A stretch of 64,000 nucleotides of DNA, taken from the NCBI RefSeq assembly GCF_009914755.1, contig NC_060926.1; one strand, written 5' to 3'. Positions 1 through 17,808 of the stretch are shown piece after piece. Made by a program: the position numbers and the translations under genes. Source of the stretch: the human T2T-CHM13v2.0 reference genome, Homo sapiens. The notes beneath the pieces are model-generated. The model did not search any database, was not told where the DNA came from, and saw only the letters and a program-made list of their open reading frames with translations. Each line of letters opens with the position of its first letter. The first letter of the stretch is position 1.

Positions 1-3000
1 TTATTATAGATGATGTCTGGTTTATGCTTCACAGGAAATGACTATAAAGGTATACAATCTAGAAAAGAGCCTGTTGATTTACTTTTAGTCTAGTTTAATG
101 ACTTGCTTGTTGGTCATCTAACTTGTACAGGATGCACCCTCCTGGGAATGTCCTATGGGTAGGAGAGTCAGCACTGAATGGATGGCTACAATGTGCTGCT
201 TTTATCAGGTTTATTCTATACTTAGCTTCTTATGCCTAGCAAAATAAGCCAAATCAAATGTGTGTGTCATATGTAAGAGTGTTTCATATATAAGAAACAC
301 TACCCTGTGCCACTTTTTCAGTTATATGAAGATTGGTGTGATTTAAATGATCTCATAGCTACTTAGGAACAGTTGTACTTTCTTTTTTTCCTCTCAAGTG
401 GTGTGATTGCAATGTCATCATTTTTAAGCCTAACTAATTATCCAAAAGTGATGTCAACCCCTTGAGCCCTAAATAGTCCTTCTTACAAGCTTGCCCGTTT
501 CTCACCATCAAATCAAAAGGCCCAGTAACGGTTGTGCCACCTGGTCCTGTTGATTGTGCAGCCACACTCTGTTTGGCAGTAAAAGAGGAAGACTTTCACA
601 TCAAACCAGGAAATCCAGCCTTGTTTTTTATCTGCCTTTCTGTCGTATCCCATTGTGTGTACTTGATTGGACTACTTCCTTAGTTTTCAAGTTGTAAGGG
701 TGTAGTCAGGAAATCTTCATAGTATGAGTTTCTCTTATTACTTTCATGGCCTTATAGGTATTTTTTAATTTTTATTTTTTTTATAGCTGAGCCATTACTT
801 CATCAGGAACCCTTTTCTTGAAGGTAAAATACAACAAAAAGGGAGTCAGGTCTTTGAAGCCTCAAGCACATTTGCTGGATTTAAAGAAATAATATTTAAA
901 AAGTCACATATTAATCATGTAATTTTCAAAATAAAAAATGAAGATAATCATATTTAGATGGAAACATCATGCTTTTTCTCTACCTTCTTAATATAAGGAT
1001 ATAAAAATTGTCATTTATGGAAATATGCCTTTTAAAATCTTTGTGAAGAAGAGAAAATTTATTTTAAGAAATAAAACATGGTAGGTTTTCCTGATGAATT
1101 TCTCAAATGACGTCTGTTGTATGAGGGGTGAGGGCTGCAGCTGTTGAGTATGTTGGTGGTCGCCTTGCCATTTTGTTCTGGTTATCCGTTACTGATCTTT
1201 AAGAACTGAGGTCACTTTTTCTTAATCAGAACATGCTGTGCTATGACTGCCTAGGTTTCCTCCCTTATCTTTGCCAGGCTTTGACCAGGAGTGTGACGGT
1301 AATACCTGCTGTGGGTGCGAAAGTGTTATGGTTAGCTTCCACATAAACTATCCCTAAAAATCAAGTTTAGCTAAGGTGGCTTCCTTCTCAATTTGTTCCC
1401 AACTCCTATACCTCTCTCCTTAAAAGTATCGGACTTCCTTTGCCTATGTAATTGCTTCTAATTATTCAAGTTCAAAGTCATTTTCCTCTTCTGTAGTTAC
1501 ATTTAGTTCACCAGGCTGGTTTTGATCCAACTATGTGTAAAGCACTATGCTATATTATCTGAGAAATACAATGGTAAACAAGTTATGGATTCGTTACTTA
1601 AGGAACTTATAGTCTAATGCAAAAGGATTTTTGCATGTATATATCATAGCGATAATTTGATTCTAAGAAGTGTAATCCCACTTGAACTAATTTAAATAAA
1701 AGTAGAGATTAATATAAGAAGCTGGTGATTCTTTTAAAAACCAGAGCAGGAAATGGAGGAAGTCTCATGAGAAAATCAGAACTAACAAGGCAACAAAGGA
1801 ACCACAGCTTCTCTTTCACCCCTGTGACTAGCCCAGCCACCACACAGTATCTTTTCTTTACCCCTTTTTGCACATGAGCTGTGTTATTCTGCTTCTCTCT
1901 GCACAGTAGTCTTCTACCTGCACAACAGCACACGTGGCCCCAAAATGGCACTGCCAGTCCTATGGCAGTTACATACTAAAGTCTAGATCATAATACAGAA
2001 TTTCTATGGTGGAAAATCTTACTGGTCTAGCTTGAGGCAGGTGTTTTCCCTCGTCAGTAGTTTCAAGCAGAGGTGGGGGTCCAGAGTCCCATCCATGACT
2101 CACACCCAATTTGCAGCGCTGTGGGACTCCTGGGAAAGAGCGTGGATAAAACAGATGGCTTGAATGGCTTATCTCTTTGAGTTCTACCTACAGTACAAAA
2201 CAGAATGTTCTAAGTTCTTCCATAGAATAGAATAATTTGGGGGAATTTAGAGGAGGTAGGTAAAGGGGGAAATCCAGGATCATTTCTTATAGGACAGAGG
2301 CCTCTTTGCTAAAAGATCACTCTGACTGAGAGTAAAGAATAGATGAGAAGGGACATGCCTAGTAGCAGGAGGTCATAATACACAATTGCAGTAAGACAGA
2401 TGAGGTGGGAGAACCTGAAATAAAGGGTTGCAATGGAGGAAACAAAAGAAATGAAAAGATTCAGGGGAGATTAAGAAGGTAAATTCTCCCAGATGCGATG
2501 ACTAATTAGAAATAGGGCATGAGGGAGAAGGATGGAATCTTGGATGAACTTTCAGGGCTCTGACTAGGGGGAGTGGGTGGATGCTGATGGCATTTAACCA
2601 CAATTTACTGGGAGCCATCTCAGTTCCTTCTGTGGTCTTCACTATCGAAAATCAAACTTGCCATTTCCCAAGCTGAGTGTGTATGTTCATAGTTCCAAAC
2701 TTTTGCACATTACACTTCCTTTCCTAACAGTGGCTTTCTCCTTCCTCTAGTGTTTGCTTGGTGAAATACTCAACTTTTAAACTCATTTGTCCACTCAAAA
2801 AAAAATGTTCCTTGACTCACAGGCCTCCCTTCTGGTGCTCCCATAGCTTCTATTAGTACTATTATTATATTTCTCATCTGTTTGGTTTGCAATTGCTTGT
2901 TTGTTTTACTTGGCCATGAACTCCTTTAGGACAAGGACACTTGGTGAACATTTGCTAGCTGGTCAGATGAGTAGATGGAAATGGATTGATGACCCCAATG

Positions 3001-6000
3001 TCTTGAGCCAGGTTGACTAGGAAGATGTTGCACCATGAATCAAGCTAGAAAACACACAAGGAGTAATTTGGAACAGAAAATGATGAGAACTAAGGTTCTA
3101 TGACTTCAAAGTCCATGCTTGACAATGGCATACAACAAGTATAAAAACTCAGGTGGAGAACGCCAAATTGAGAAGGCACAGATATTTAACAGAAGGATTG
3201 AATAGAATGCACACATTAATAGAATATATGATGTTAGTAGCTTTGGAAGGATCCTTAGGTAGGACATGGAGCTTGGCCTCCCCTTTGCTGTAAGCATTGC
3301 TTCTCTGACACCCTAGTGCTGCCTTGGGGCCACCATTTAGGGGCAGCTCAAAGAGTATTACAACATTGGAGACTTCCAGTTGTTATAAAGTTATTTTCTA
3401 TCTTGTTCTTAGAATTGTCATGAGAGATCTCAGTTGAACCTTGTTCACCTCTCTATACATCACATCGCCCACATTTTTATGAATCTTGTTCTGTAATGCT
3501 ATCAAAACCCAAGTGAACCCTTGCTAGCTTTTAGGGATCACTGTTTTTTGTTATACATTACAACATATTTAGTACCTTTAATATTTAGTACTACACTCTA
3601 GTCCAGGATAATTAAAAAGCCACATTGGTTTCTTCGCTGGAATGATCTGCAATTACATAATCAGATTTACAGTTTTAAGAGCTTCCCAACCTCTTAAATC
3701 ATCTTTCCCTTTAGAAACTCTTGCAGTGGAATTCATGCCTATATTTTCTCAGCCCTTTGGGAAATCTGGTATCCTCAGTCTAGAGTTTACAGTTCCAGCT
3801 TCTCTTTCCGGGATGTCTTGAGCGTAGAGATAGCATGGTCACTTTCTCCCAGATTTGTCATGGTTTCTTCTTGACTATTTAAGGGTAAGTCTTGAATAAA
3901 ATGGAAACGTTTTACAGCAGCTACCGTGAGGAACTTAATAGTGTTTCTTGGCAACACTGAAGGCTAGCTGAAGATATGTGACATGAATCGACCTAGAGCA
4001 AATTGACACATTTATATTATTTTATCAAGCAAAGTCTGGTGGTTTTGAGGGGTGGAGGAGGAGGAGGAAAAATGAATAGGTCATTACAGGCTGAGAAGTT
4101 CTTGGTTGAACATGGGATTGCCTAGGCTTAATGGGAGGCTGTGGAAATGAGAAACAGAGAATGGGTCACAGTGCTGCTGGCTTTAATGAGTGTGAAGGAC
4201 AGCAGGTTCCATTGGAGCAGATGACGGAGTGAGGTGAAAGCAGAGGAAGGGAAATTCTGACCTTAGAGGACTGTGGTAGAGATGGGAAGTAGGGGGTGGA
4301 GGTCTGTTCTGGTATCACCTTTGTCTCCTAGCTTTTCACCTTGTGGTGGTTGTTAGCCAGTCAGCAATATTTATTGACCCATGGAAGCAAATACTTTTAC
4401 ATTCCATTCAGTTTTGATAGATACTCAGTTTCTTACAGGGTAGATAGGAATTGAAGAGGTGGTCATTAAATTACATTAAATACATTGAATTGTAATTAGT
4501 AGGAAAATTAAACCATGACTAGATTGATAGAAAAAACAAACAGAAGAAATTAGTTTGTTTCATTGAAGCATAGGCTCCAAGATTAGCAAACTGAAAAATA
4601 ACTGTATCCAATCTTTCCCTTTGCAAAAGGAATATTTCACCTTTTTGAGAGCATGTTCTTTAAAGATAGCTCTGAGGGAGAAACCAAGTTATATAATGCT
4701 ATGGACTCGCATTACCAGATCTATAGAGTTTGTATGTTCTTTTCAAGGGGTATGGACCTGGCCGGCTAGGAGGCAAAAAGCAAATCAGGCTGAGGAGGGG
4801 GCTCTTTTTTTGTGACTGTTGGGCTCCACCTGGTGGCCTGTAAGGATCAGCTTTGGAAAAAGCTGTGTCTTCAACACTGAGAAAATCCTGGTCAAGGCAG
4901 AGCAAAAGTTAAAGGAATGGAGGAGAATGATCCTGATCCAGGCTTAGGTTACCAAATTGTTCCTTTCCTTGATGAGCACTGCATGCAGTTTTGGCACTTC
5001 TTCCAAAGTCGCCATCTTCAACTGCAATTTCTAGTGCACCTTCTTGAAAATATTATGATGTTAGAGGACCTTAGATAACCATCAACCTCCTCTTATACTC
5101 ATTAAATCCTTTCAGCTTCCTCTTTGCTTTCTTCATATCAACACCAATTCACTCTTAAATTTCAAGACCTTTTCTTAAATAACTCAGTATTGTTGACTCT
5201 TACTTCTTTTCTCCATGCTTTTATCTATTTTCACTGATAAAAACACCGTTCCTGAAGTCCCTATTCCTTAAGTGCTACTTTCTGCTGTGTCATAGTACTG
5301 AGCCATAAGAAGCGAAAATAACTCGTTCCCTCTCCTGATTATAGAAAATAATACATAAAATATACAGCCAAAGACAAGTGTATTTGCCACACTTCGTTTT
5401 TACTTTGTATTGTTGGAAGTTTGGGCCCTCGGTATAGTTGATGTTTGATTGTTCCCCACTTGTACATTCTCAGGGCTGTGATGCCATTATATCTGTTTGC
5501 ATGGAGTTTCCAACATTGGACCAACATGTATGAGAGCATGTATTTAAGAGTAGTAATACGATAGTGGTAATCACTGCAAGAGTGCATGACTGTCTTCTAA
5601 ATATCGTCTAGTTGTAAGACTAGGAGTTTATAAGAATATTTAGTAGAGGAAAGATGATGAATGGCTGAGAACACTAATCTTGACTATTTAATGTTCCTGT
5701 TTTCTTTAAGGCAAAGAGGCCAATTTGAAGGACTTTCTTGTTATATTTTTTTCTGTCTGTAGCTGGTCCCTTTCCTCAGTACGTTTTTAATAGGCATATC
5801 ACCCAGGATAGTAGATCTGATGCTTATTTATATAGAATGTTTATATGTTTCCCAAGGCCCCCACCTATCATATGTAGGAAGTTGGGAATATTGTTGCAGT
5901 GCCATTCAGATTAATTTTACAGTAGGACTCAGTTGGAATGTCATTCTTTGTGAATGGCAGCAGTATTCATGGAGGAGCTCTAGTGAAGAAAAATTGAAGT

Positions 6001-6199
6001 GGTGATCATTATAAATAACTCTATGGAGGAAAACTTTCTCTCTTACAACTATTATTGAAATATCAAATTAACAAACATTTCTAAATTTTATTTTTTCCAA
6101 ATACATACATATTGAATATTTACTGTTAAATTTATTCAAATGTGTACTATTGAAAATGAAAATTTCCCAGAGTTTCACCCCCGGAAACGATCACTATTA

Positions 6200-8210
6200 A
6201 GGTTTTGGTATACATTTGACTAAAATATTGTTTTAAAAATATTTATCAACTTTAATTACAAAGCATATTTCACAGGAAAAAGAATATATGTAACACTTCT
6301 ATAATTTTTGAAACCTAATACTAAAACCAACCCATGAACTCATGAACCAGATTAAGAAGTATAACATCACCAATACTGTTCAAGTTCCCTGTCTGTTCTC
6401 CTGTATCCTAAACCATAATTTTTTCCCCAGAGGTAACCACCATCTCAAATATACTAATGAAAATGTATTTAAAAAAAAATTTACCCATATTTATAACCCT
6501 AAATGTTATTTTGTTTTGCTTGTTTTTGAACCTTTACAAAATACCGTGTTATATATATTCTTCTATCATTTGCCTTTTTTCATTTAACATGTTTCTAAAA
6601 TATACTCACATATTTCACTCATTTTAGTCGATAATATTTCCATTTTCTGAAATATACCATAATTTAGCAATGTACATTTGGGTTGAACAGAGGATTTTGC
6701 TCCTGAAAACGTTCCAGTGCTCATTAACTAAAGTTTTTCTAGACTCTACTTAAAAAGGAAATTACTGAATCATACATAGGTACATGTTTAACTTTACAAC
6801 TTTCTAGCCAAACCATTCCCAAAGTGATTGTACCCATTTTTAGTCCTGCCAGCAGTGTGTATGCAGTTCCATTGCTCCACATTCTTATTTACACTTGTTA
6901 GACTCATTTTTGCCAGCCAGGTGGGTAAAAATAGTGATAATCGTTGGGTGATTTTTGTTATTTTTTTCCTAATTACTGATGAGGTTGAACATCTTTCCAT
7001 ATACTCATGGTCATGTTTCCTCTTCTAGACAGTGTTTTCATGTTTTTACCCATTTTTTTAACAGTTAATTTTTTATTTAGATAATTTTGATTACAGAAAT
7101 TGCAAAAATGGAACAGAGAGTTCCTGTATATCTTTTAACCTATCTTCTCCTTATGTTTACATCTTACATGACCATGGAATACTTATCAGAAGTAAGCAGT
7201 TAATCTTGGTATGATACCAAGTATAGGTCTTACTCAGATTTTATCACTATTTCCACTAACATTCTCTTTCAGTTGCAGAATCTGGGTCCAGAATCCCGTA
7301 ATACAGTTAGCTGTGTCTCTGTAGTCTCTCCAATTTGTGACATTTCTTACTCTTTACTTGTCCTTCACGAACTTTACACTTTTAAAGAGTACTGGCCAGT
7401 GATTTTGTAAAACGTTTCTCAGTTTGTGTTTGTCTAATGTTCTCTCATGATTAGATCAAGATTAGACATTATTGGGAAAGATACCACAGAGGTGATGTGC
7501 ATCTTATCGGGGGCACATAATGTCAGTAAGTAATACTGGTGATGTTCACCTTGATCACCTGGTTAAGGAGGCATCTGCCATGATTCCTAACTTACTACTT
7601 TTTTCCCTTGTAATTATTATACTGTATTTTTGGAAAGATTTTTTGAGTCTGTGTAATATTCTGTTTCTGCTTAATTTCACCCATTCATTTTAGCATACAT
7701 TGGTGCTTTTACCCATTTTTAATTGGGCTGTTTGTCATTTGATTTTTTTGGAGTTAAAAATACATATTCCAGAAAGTAATCTTTTTAGCAGTCACTGATA
7801 TGGAAATTATCTTCTCTCCAGTTTGTGAGTTGTCTTTTCCTGTTATTAATGGTATCTTCTGAAGAATAGATGTTTGAAGTTGTCTTTTTTGTTTGCTGCC
7901 AGCATGTAGAATTACAGTTAATTTTTATACATTATCCTATATCCAGCCATCTTGCCATATCCCCTTATTCATTTCAGTACTTGAGATGTAATTTCCTTTG
8001 GCTCTTCTATGTAGATAATCACATCATTGGTAAGTAATGAGAGTTTTATTTCTTCCATTCTAATCTGTATGACTTTTATTTCTTTTTCTTATCTTGAATT
8101 GGCAACTCACAATTGGAGAGGAGGTATTTCCCACACAGTAACTGATAAAAGTTCAGTTTTGAATAAAAGCAATAGTAGCAGGCATTTTTTTTAATTCCTG
8201 ATTTTTTGAT
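6200..8210 (-). mobile_element. Ancient L1M-type fragments
   Basis: Degenerate L1 ORF2 3' end on the minus strand (MERCSTSSVIRK...NKNVEQW...NHFGN) and L1M-like 3'UTR sequence. Confidence 0.55.
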
Positions 8211-9709
8211 GTGTTAATAAGTTTGCTAATGTGGCAGCTAATTATGGTAGGACTGGATAATTTACTGAAGTACTTATCTTTGAGTTTTATTTGTTTTTGC
8301 CATCCTCTGTTTTCTTAGCTTTCCTTTGGCATTTCAAGGAAGAATAGTATGCCTCTCTAATAGGTACAAAGCATTAATTTGTTTATTTACATATTCAGTC
8401 ACCAACATGTGTTGGACACCAAAGGCATACAAGTCTCAGTGGTACACAGAAATAAAGAAATGTTTATTCTTTTTATGGATGATCCCCCCCATCTATTGAT
8501 AAGGAAGAGGCATACCTAAAGCACCATGACACAGCTAGAAAGTGGCACATGCAAGAAAGAGGATATAACCAAAGGATAGGGACAGTACTGATGAGGCAGA
8601 TCCACTCTAGGAGACAGGGATGGCTTCCTGGCCTTGCTGCTATATTCCATGAAGATGAAATGATCTGGGTATATGCTTTGTGGGCCTAGTTCAACATGGA
8701 AGTTATAAAGGGAGCACCTTTAGGATAGAATTATGTTGCCTAAGGAAGGGCCATTTATGGTATTCTTATGCTCTAGAACCCAGCAGTTCCATGTCAGTGT
8801 GTAGTGAATACCTCTACAAGATCTATGATGCCAACAGTACTAAGATTTTATTTTTGGTAGTAAGAGCTTTACATTTTCTGTTGCAGAGTGAATGGAGGGA
8901 AAGGGAAGTTTGCTTCTCATGGATGATCTTTTTAAATAGTTTGTAGTAGGATGCTTTTAGCAGCAAATTATAAAAATGCCTGACTCAGAGTGACTTAATA
9001 AGAGAAAATATTATCTCATATAGTGGGAATTCAAAGGTTGTGCAGCTGCAGACCCAGTAAAGTCAGTGACTGGATGATGTTATCAGGTTGCCTTTTGCTG
9101 TCCTCAGCAATCCAGTGGTGGTTTCTCTATGGTTGTGAAGATGGCTGCCAGTATGATTAGGCTACCTGCTTTCTTGATGACATGTGACACAAAAAGGGAG
9201 ACCCTGTCTGCCAACAATGCTATTGACTACAGTCACCAGGGGAGGCCATACACTGAATTTATTAGAATAATTAGTATCTGTCACTGGAGCTGAAGGTGAG
9301 ATGTGTTTCCTGTATGAAAACTAGATTTTTGTGAGGAAGGAGGAAGACAGAAGTGAATGTTGGGTAGCAAACCAATATTGGGCACTCTAGTTTTTGTTAT
9401 AATTATTTTTTGTATAATTTTTAAATTAAAAAACCTCCAACTTTGTGATATTAAAGGAAGCTTAGAAAATAGATTAAAAAGTCACTCAGAATCCTCTCTC
9501 AAATAATTAACACCATTTGTCCCTTTCAGCATTTTCATAAATGTTTTTACTTAGTTAAATCATACTCTACATACATCTTCAAAATTCTTTTTGTGAAATA
9601 CATAAAAAATTGAAAAATATGACATGGTTTAGTTTATCATTTATCTGTTGCTTGACATCTAAATTACTTTTACTCCTTTTCTGCTCCAAGATTTTTAAAA
9701 TAAACTTAA

Positions 9710-9850
9710 TTTTAATTAATTAATTAATAAATAGGAATGGGGTCTTGCTGTGTTGTCCAAACAGGTCTTGAACTCCTGGGCTCAAGTGATCCTCCCACCT
9801 CAGCCTCCCAAAGTGCTGGGATTACAGGCGTGAGCTAGCATGTCCGGCCC
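9710..9850 (-). mobile_element. FLAM/Alu left monomer
   Basis: aactcctgggctcaagtgatcctccc...ccggcc; flanking direct repeat AAAATAAACTT. Confidence 0.8.
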
Positions 9851-10499
9851 ATAAAAATAAACTTTATGTTTCAGAACAGATTTAGATTTACAGAAAATTG
9901 TCAAGATAGTACAGTTCTCACCTGCCCCTTCTCTCCTCCTCCAAAACTAGTTTTTTTCTCTTAACCAATATTGATACATTATTAATGGAGGTCCGTACTT
10001 TCTTCAAACTTTCTTGTTTTTAAAAATCTAATGTCCTTTATCTATTCCAGGATCTCATATTACATTTAGTTGTCTTGTCTCTTTAGATTCCTCTTGACTA
10101 TGAGAGCTTCTAAGTTATTTTTGAAGGACATATTTTAATGCAGAATAGGATGAAATGTGGTTTTTAAGAGAATCACCAGATATTTTGACATAACATTGAA
10201 TCATAGTTGTCCTAAAGCAGCTGTTATCTTTTCAGACAGTAAGCAGAAGACAGAAACTACTTAGAAAGTTGTAACATTTGAACTACATTACATAAAAGGG
10301 AAAGTTACTTTCATGATTCATTTTAAATAGAATTTACAATGAAATTAAATTTAAAATATAAAAATAAACCCTTCTGCAAGACAAATACACAATGTAAAAG
10401 TCAGTTCCCTAGTAGAATTTGGCTTTGTTTACCTACCAAAGAATTCTGGTTTTCAAGGTGACAGAAGAGTTCATGACTAAGTAGACAGGATAGGATTCT

Positions 10500-10925
10500 C
10501 TTTTCTCTTCTCTTCCCTTCCCTTCCCTCCCCTCCCTTTCCTCCCCTCCCCTCCCCTCCCCTCCGCTCCCCTCTTTTCTCCTCTCCTCTCCTCTCCTCTC
10601 CTCTCTTCTCCTGTCCCCTCCCCTCCCCTCCCCTCCCCTCTTTTCTTTTGACGGAGTCTCACTGTGTCGCCAGGCTGGAGTACAGTGGTTCAATCTCGGC
10701 TCACTGCAACCTCTGCTTCCTGGGTTCAAGCGATTCTCCTGCCTCAACCTCCCAAGTAACTGAGATTACAGGTGCGCACCATCATGCCCAGCAATTTTTA
10801 TATTTTTAGTAGAGATGGGGTTTCACCATGTTGGCCAGGATAGTCTCGATCTCTTGACTTCGTGATCCACCCGCCTTGGCCTCCCAAAGTGCTGGGATTA
10901 CCTGTGTGAGCCACCGCACCCGGCC
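10500..10925 (-). mobile_element. AluSc-like element whose tail expanded into a ~150-bp C/T simple repeat
   Basis: tctcgatctcttgac diagnostic; TSD GATAGGATTCT at 10489-10499 and 10928-10938. Confidence 0.88.
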
Positions 10926-11310
10926 AAGATAGGATTCTTTCTAGGGCATCTAAGGCCCCCAAAGCATGAGCTCTTTCAGCATGCTGATCTGTTAGATTTT
11001 TATCTGCCATAAGCTGTCCAGTCTATGCTGCTGTAAAATAGATCTCCAATGAAAGTCCGTAATAAATTTATTTAAATAAGGAACTTGAGAAATGTTCTCT
11101 GGAACTCGTAAAATAAATGTTAATTACTACTAATAGGAACTTGGAGTCATTGATCACATTTGGAAACCATAACTAAAATATAATTTTGTCTTTATGAGCC
11201 ATGTTGTAATTTGAGTAAACAAATTGAGACTCTTTGGACTCAGAGTATAACCTGGTAAAACATTGTGTCAGAACTTTACAAAGCTCCAAAAAAGATGAAA
11301 AATTTTTTTT

Positions 11311-11324
11311 CTCCTTAATTTTCT
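11311..11324. repeat. Left TSD of the L1-A insertion, CTCCTTAATTTTCT (right copy 17809-17822)
   Basis: Exact 14-bp direct repeat; the right flank gives TTCT/AA, an L1 endonuclease-type cut site. Confidence 0.9.
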
Positions 11325-11351
11325 TTCTTTTTTTTTTTTTTTTTTTTTTTT

Positions 11352-11772
11352 ACACAGCCTTCTTAATCTACACATATGGCAAGCTAATAATTCCAAAAAA
11401 ATAATTTCTTTCCTTTGTAGCCATTTAAAACTAACAGCTAGAAATATTTCTTCTTCCAATTATTAAAAATAAGCTGTTTCTGAGTCAGTGCTGACTACAT
11501 TTACTGATTGAAGCAGCCAACTCCAAATATACCATCTTTTAGTATTGACACTTAAAATAAAACTTCTCCCCAGAAAAAGAGTTCTATAAATGATGGCTGT
11601 AGAAATAGGCACTGTCCAGGCAGTTGTTTTGTGGAAGTAGTGTTGTTATTTTCTGGTGTTTTCCAAGTCATCTCAGATGGTGCGTGAAAATGAGATGCCA
11701 AAGAAGGCTTAAAAAAGATACCCTGCACCAGCTTCAGAATGTAAGCAAATCTTTCATTCCAGCGCTTAAAAG
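11352..11772 (-). other. 3'-transduced non-L1 segment carried by L1-A
   Basis: Lies between the L1 A16 tail and a second A24 tail (11328-11351); the whole unit is enclosed by the TSD at 11311-11324 and 17809-17822. Confidence 0.85.
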
Positions 11773-11993
11773 TTTTTTTTTTTTTTTTATTATATTCTAA
11801 GTTTTAGGGTACATGTGCACATTGTGCAGGTTAGTTACATATGTATACATGTGCCATGCTGGTGTGCTGCACCCACTAATGTGTCATCTAGCATTAGGTA
11901 TATCTCCCAATGCTATCCCTCCCCCCTCCCCCGACCCCACCACAGTCCCCAGAGTGTGATATTCCCCTTCCTGTGTCCATGTGATCTCATTGT

Positions 11994-15844
<3,851 letters not shown>

Positions 15845-15883
15845 TCATTAGTTGATGCAGTTTCTTCCTAGTCTCGATGGTCT

Positions 15884-16902
15884 TTACATTTTGGCATGAT
15901 TTTGCAGCGGCTGGTACCGGTTGTTCCTTTCCATGTTTAGCGCTTCCTTCAGGAGCTCTTTTAGGGCAGGCCTGGTGGTGACAAAATCTCTCAGCATTTG
16001 CTTGTCTATAAAGTATTTTATTTCTCCTTCACTTATGAAGCTTAGTTTGGCTGGATATGAAATTCTGGGTTGAAAATTCTTTTCTTTAAGAATGTTGAAT
16101 ATTGGCCCCCACTCTCTTCTGGCTTGTAGGGTTTCTGCCGAGAGATCCGCTGTTAGTCTGATGGGCTTTCCTTTGAGGGTAACCCGACCTTTCTCTCTGG
16201 CTGCCCTTAACATTTTTTCCTTCATTTCAACTTTGGTGAATCTGACAATTATGTGTCTTGGAGTTGCTCTTCTCGAGGAGTATCTTTGTGGCGTTCTCTG
16301 TATTTCCTGAATCTGAACGTTGGCTTGCCTTGCTAGATTGGGGAAGTTCTCCTGGATAATATCCTGCAGAGTGTTTTCCAACTTGGTTCCATTCTCCCCA
16401 TCACTTTCAGAGTGACACCAATGAGACGTAGATTTGGTCTTTTCACATAGTCCCATATTTCTTGGAGGCTTTGCTTGTTTCTTTTTATTCTTTTTTCTCT
16501 AAACTTCCCTTCTCGCTTCATTTCATTCATTTCATCTTCCATTGCTGATACCCTTTCTTCCAGTTGATCGCATCGGCTCCTGAGGCTTCTGCTTTCTTCA
16601 CGTAGTTCTCGAGCCTTGGTTTTCAGCTCCATCAGCTCCTTTAAGCACTTCTCTGTATTGGTTATTCTAGTTATACATTCTTCTAAATTTTTTTCAAAGT
16701 TTTCAACTTCTTTGCCTTTGGTTTGAATGTCCTCCCGTAGCTCAGAGTAATTTGATCGTCTGAAGCCTTCTTCTCTCAGCTCGTCAAAATCATTCTCCAT
16801 CCAGCTTTGTTCTGTTGCTGGTGAGGAACTGCGTTCCTTTGGAGGAGGAGAGGCGCTCTGCGTTTTAGAGTTTCCAGTTTTTCTGTTCTGTTTTTTCCCC
16901 AT
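15884..16902 (-). pseudogene. L1-A ORF1, +2 frameshift near 16411-16415
   Basis: MGKKQNRKTGNSK... and ...PLQNHAKM lie in two different frames; span 1019 nt against 1017. Confidence 0.93.
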
Positions 16903-17808
16903 CTTTGTGGTTTTATCTACTTTTGGTCTTTGATGATGGTGATGTACAGATGGGTTTTCGGTGTAGATGTCCTTTCTGGTTGTTAGTTTTCCTTCTAACA
17001 GACAGGACCCTCAGCTGCAGGTCTGTTGGAATACCCTGCCGTGTGAGGTGTCAGTGTGCCCCTGCTGGGGGGTGCCTCCCAGTTAGGCTGCTCGGGGGTC
17101 AGGGGTCAGGGACCCACTTGAGGAGGCAGTCTGCCCGTTCTCAGATCTCCAGCTGCGTGCTGGGAGAACCACTGCTCTCTTCAAAGCTGTCAGACAGGGA
17201 CACTTAAGTCTGCAGAGGTTACTGCTGTCTTTTTGTTTGTCTGTGCCCTGCCCCCAGAGGTGGAGCCTACAGAGGCAGGCAGGCCTCCTTGAGCTGTGGT
17301 GGGCTGCACCCAGTTGGAGCTTCCCAGCTGCTTTGTTTACCTAAGCAAGCCTGGGCAATGGCGGGCGCCCCTCCCCCAGCCTCGTTGCCGCCTTGCAGTT
17401 TGATCTCAGACTGCTGTGCTAGCAATCAGCGAGATTCCGTGGGCGTAGGACCCTCTGAGCCCGGTGTGGGATATAGTCTCGTGGTGCGCCGTTTCTTAAG
17501 CCGGTCTGAAAAGCGCAATATTCGGGTGGGAGTGACCCGATTTTCCAGGTGCGTCCGTCACCCCTTTCTTTGACTCGGAAAGGGAACTCCCTGACCCCTT
17601 GCGCTTCCCAGGTGAGGCAATGCCTCGCCCTGCTTCGGCTCGCGCACGGTGAGCACACACACTGGCCTGCGCCCACTGTCTGGCACTCCCTAGTGAGATG
17701 AACCCGGTACCTCAGATGGAAATGCAGAAATCACCCGTCTTCTGCGTCGCTCACGCTGGGAGCTGTAGACCGGAGCTGTTCCTATTCAGCCATCTTGGCT
17801 CCTCCCCC
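16903..17808. promoter_or_regulatory. L1 5'UTR: sense promoter (YY1 site CAAGATGGC) and antisense promoter pointing toward exon 9
   Basis: Complete CpG-rich 5'UTR; promoter activity is inferred from established L1HS biology. Confidence 0.8.
17358..17573 (+). CDS. LINE-1 ORF0 (71 aa), intact, antisense to the L1 and sense to DIS3L2
   Basis: gcaATGG start; MAGAPPPASLPPCSLISDCC...TRFSRCVRHPFL*; internal donors after 17463 and 17548. Confidence 0.85.
   Translation: MAGAPPPASLPPCSLISDCCASNQRDSVGVGPSEPGVGYSLVVRRFLSRSEKRNIRVGVTRFSRCVRHPFL

Noticed and set aside
17786-17800. Loss of the L1 YY1 site (possible escape from methylation)
   Set aside because: The core CAAGATGGC is intact; only an adjacent CpG has decayed (CCGA>CTGA).
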